The notes under the pieces were generated by a model. It was given only the letters and a program-made list of their open reading frames with translations, was not told the DNA's origin and searched no databases. Shown piece by piece: positions 59,744-64,000 of a stretch of 64,000 bases of DNA; position 1 is the stretch's first letter, and each line of letters begins with the position of its first letter. The position numbers and the translations under genes were made by a program. The stretch is from Laetmonice hystrix (lineage: Eukaryota), in assembly GCA_965235115.1 (NCBI GenBank), contig OZ249447.1:3224001-3288000 (forward strand), in the 5' to 3' direction.

Positions 59744-62700
59744 TTTCCATATACTACTACTACCTCCGTCCCGCTGACTCCAACAGGTCGGGGACCAACT
59801 GAAGCCGGTTTAACGCTTGGTCAGTGATTACCATAGTTTGAATGGAAACATATTAACCTCGGAATAAAACCACAATCATGCTGAGTCTACATTGGGTATA
59901 AACTGGCGATACATTCACAGTATAATGATAGATGCTGGCATGCTCCCAGAGCGTATTGCTGTAGATTTGATGGTTTGGTATCCAGCCAAGCCGTCACGTT
60001 ATTACTGACGTTAGTTGATAGGTTATATGACTGATGTGACCTGGTTGTATCAAGGTACAGTGATGTGACATTTGTACGTGAAGCGATGTGTTTGAGATTG
60101 GAGAGAGAAAGCTTGGCTGTGTGGAATGACCAGATGAAAACAGTAATGGCTTCTCTGTGTGTCTCACAGGTGATAGACAGGATGGGTGGCCGGCCACGGT
60201 CCTATCAATGATTCAACCTCAACCTCCCACATCATGCATAATACCCAACCCCAGCCACGCCCAGACACATTTGTCTGCCATTTTCTACCATAATATCTCT
60301 CTGATTTTCTCTAGCAAATATATTCTTTGTGAATTACAGCGGTGGAGATTAATGAGACAGACACAAGAAGTTTTTGTATGTTCAGTGCGGTGTGATGAGA
60401 GCCCTTCACAGCCTGACGCTAGTAAATCACAGTCCCTCTCCAACCAGTATACAATCGTTTTTTACTGCCTTATTGCACCACCTTGATGGCGTTCCTACAA
60501 CCGCGTGATAATTCTTTAAGGCTCTTAAGAACGCCAGTTAATTGCGTTTCTTGGTCTAGTGGGCGTTTAATGTGGATTAATACGTGAATATTCTTTGAAC
60601 TAATCCTGCTGAAAGTTAGACTATGACGTATGTTTCCCGGGATGTGCTCCGGAGGGTGTCGTAATGTGCGGGAAATGATTCTGTAACATTAGGGTGATGG
60701 TTATATCGATCCACGGGTCCTCCGGATGGAGACTCAGAGCTGGGTTTATTTGTGGGCAATGGTTTCATGGCCGCCATGATAAAACAGTCACAGAGAGGTC
60801 ACACAGACGCTGGAGAACGGTGCGGCGCCTCTGGAGGGTATGATATATAGGACGCGAGGGGGCGCCACCAGCGAGCGGAGGAGGTAATCTCAGGGAATCT
60901 GTTAGCGGGAGGCAATGAACTCATCCAACCAGCTTTAGGTGCTCCTTTTTACCCTCATATAGAAGTTATAGCTTGATGTAATGAACTGTCCCTGCACTAC
61001 AGAATCACACACTTATAACATTCATATGCGCGCCCACCTTTCAAAGAAGATGGGTGGATGGTGGAACCCACGTGTGGAAAGGAGTTGGAACGATTTCTCT
61101 CCGTTGCTCACCACTGTTCTAAGACTGTTGGTATCATAATCTATTAAATCCATCCCCCTGGCAAACACAGGTTCTGACCTTGAGGCCGTACATCTCACCT
61201 TATCTCGGCATCAATTAAGGTTCAGTCTCCCGCAGGTAGATGGCGCTGCTCTTACCTGGGGCTGAGTTACCTGTGACGTCACAACGAGGCAGACGTTGTC
61301 GTGTTACACCACGGGGGAAAAATGAATCAGTCTCGGGTCTCGCCCTCCAGGTGGCGCCGTAGTCGTCCAGGTGAAGGTCATTGAGATAAGCCGAGATAAC
61401 GTGTCGGGGTAAAGAGCGGCACCCCTGCAGGGTAAGAGTCATCACCCCTGGCAGCTTACACCACGCGGGGTGATATGGTGGTATATGAGGTACTGGTACT
61501 ACCTCATGCCATGCAGTCTATACCATTGAAAGTTTGAGACTTTTTCCCCCATAGGCCTATTATTTAGACATGATTCTTTTTTGTGTGTGTGTTAACAAGC
61601 ATTTGATGTGTGTTGTTTTTCTTCTAGACTGTCAGGTTTTAGTAACAAGACAGGAGAAAAGATAAAGTGCATGTCATGTTCGAGAAAATCTCGCAGTTAA
61701 AGGAACGTTTTGGGCTCGCGAGGGATTTCGGGACTCGTGATGATAATACAGCCTGGCCAAAAGATAAAAGTTTTTTTTTTTAATCATCTATAGAGGATTT
61801 AGTGATGGAAAAGTCAGGAAATTATCAAAGGACTAATATAAGGGTCGATCCGTGTGAGATAGTTGTGAGTGTGTTACATGACATGTGGCAGTTGTGTTCA
61901 CCGAGTTGGTTTCAATGTAAACGAAGAAACACGTGTTTTGGAACTCCACGAGGGGTACTTTATGTTTGTAAAGTGTAAAGTTTTAGTTTCGTTTTACCCC
62001 TGACTCCCCAGCGTTCCCGGTTTATGGCATGTTGTTTATCAGGGGTAGGTAAAGGTTGCCCCGTCGTTTACCCCCTCAGATAAACAGGACTTCAAACAGA
62101 GGTCAGTCAGAGGTGTCTCAACCCCAGGGACCGTACCGATCTCACCTCAAACATCTCAGTCAATCCATCTGTTTTATAGTCGAGATATTTTGACGGACTG
62201 CAGCAGAGAGTGGCGTTAAATCATATGTAGAGGTTCATGACAAGCGGTCTAAAGTTGTGGCTTCTCGGTGTCATGTTATGAGAGAGTTTACTAGGAGCTC
62301 TATGTCCGTGTTTCTAGGTGAGCGGACCTAACATTATCGGGTGTGTCGTGGCAGCCGAAGAGATCAGTGGGAGCCGGGGAGCGGAAGGAGGGGAGGGGCG
62401 TACATGGGATTTGATACACGTGGGTACACAACCCCCCGTCTCTCCAGCTGACATCTCACACCCCCTGGTCCGCTCCATCTGGTCAGACAGACGGTTTCCG
62501 ACAGCTGCCCACCATTACCACACTGTCCACAGTAATCAGATAACCGGCCAGTTATCGTGGAGAGACTCCAGGAAAGTGTGTGGTATTTCATGTACCGTTT
62601 GGTCGGTTTATGGCGATATTGGTATAGATATTATCAACTTCTGAGGTAACTGAGACGTCTTTCATGTGACGGCGGCGTGGATTGGATACCTCGCCCCCCA

Positions 62701-63264
62701 GAGCGAGGCTGATTGGTGATAACCAATCAGAACGTCTGTCTGTCAGGGTGCATGAGGGCAAACAAATATGATACAGGTCTGGTGGTAAACACCCCGTGAG
62801 AGGGCGCTGTCAATTGGCACCAATGTCGGGGTTGTTAGTGCTAGCAGGGTGTGTCAGTGTCCAGGTGGGGGTTTTACCCCATCCTGGCGGGTAACATCAG
62901 TCAGGAGGGCGAGGATCTAAACTCACGGTATAACCCCATGAAGTGAGGAATGTGAGAGTTTGAACGTCACGTTGAAATGATCTCGTGGGATGTTGGAGGC
63001 CAACTCTATTCTGAGGCCATCAGGGTTTTTATCAGCCTAACCCGGAGGGTGTCCTGGAAATAATATGGTTATATTGTAAAGTGACGGTTACAATACCCTG
63101 AGTAGCGTTTATCCCAGGCTGGGGACTCACAAATCAACGGTCGGTTGGCATGGTTCCCCATGGCAACACCGACACGACATTTGGTGGGTAGAAGTGGTAA
63201 GTCTATCCCTAATTCTAGCCCCAAACTTCGGGCCCCAACACCTGGAAAGATAACCATATAGTGT

Positions 63265-63692
63265 CCACCATGTTTGGGTTGTCGCCTGGCTGTTGCCACC
63301 CAGACCCACAATGTTTGGGTTGTCGCTTGGCCGTTAGCATTCCTACCCACAATGTTTGGGTTGTCGCTTGGCCGTTAGCATTCAGACCCACCATGTTTGG
63401 GTTGTCGCCTGGCTGTGACCATTCAGACCCACCATGTTTGGGTTGTCGCCTGGCCGTTACCATTCCTACCCACAATGTTTGGGTTGTCGCCTGGCCGTTA
63501 GCATTCAGACCCACAATGTTTGGGTTGTCGCCTGGCCGTTAGCATTCAGACCCACAATGTTTGGGTTGTCGCCTGGCCGTTAGCATTCAGACCCACAATG
63601 TTTGGGTTGTCGCTTGGCCGTTAGCATTTAGACCCACAATGTTTGGGTTGTCGCCTACCCACAATGTTTGGGTTGTCGCCTGGTCGTTACCA
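63265..63692. repeat. 41-bp minisatellite, about 10 copies
   Basis: TGTTTGGGTTGTCGCCTGGCCGTTAGCATTCAGACCCACAA (63481, 63522...). Confidence 0.95.
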
Positions 63693-64000
63693 TTCCGATC
63701 AGTGGTCAGTCAGTGGGCGGGCATCCATCACAGTCTACCTGACTGTCGGCAGTTTCCGTGCTCAATCCTCGGGTTCTCCTCCCCTCCGGGACTGGCCGCT
63801 TTATCTGACTACACCACATGGCCAATTACGGCGGGCAAACCCTACAGCCACTTTATTTTATTTGCTGATTTTGTCATTGGGAAGATTGACCACCTGTTAA
63901 AACAGGAACAGGTCACATTGAAAGGGGTGGGTTAAGACGCTTGTAGAGGCGTCGTCTGATCTTGTACCGTTCAACTCACCCGACGCTTATAGTGGACGCC

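Overview
This is animal (bilaterian invertebrate, probably lophotrochozoan) genomic DNA, not prokaryotic. The window lies inside a large + strand Celsr/Flamingo (starry night) adhesion-GPCR gene. Four internal coding exons (25460-25812, 48389-48563, 49128-49253, 58226-58535) splice in frame and encode the last cadherin strand, the atypical CADH9/Flamingo-box region, EGF1-3 and the start of laminin-G1. The flanking exons were not found in the window. The rest is apparently intronic and contains about 25 unrelated tandem arrays (roughly 12 kb, hand estimate), several MITEs (Tc1/mariner, Kolobok, Harbinger, P-like) and a decayed LINE fragment. The most striking object is a very young 2567-bp non-autonomous LTR element (2913-5479). 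It has apparently identical 620-bp LTRs, an ATTA TSD, a tRNA-Ala-like PBS and a PPT. It carries no recognisable gag/pol, only one intact 378-aa ORF with a small Trp-containing N-domain, a basic linker, six regularly spaced LC8/dynein-light-chain-type TQT motifs and a C-terminal ubiquitin-like pattern. No database searches or computations could be run. All family assignments are by eye from sequence hallmarks.
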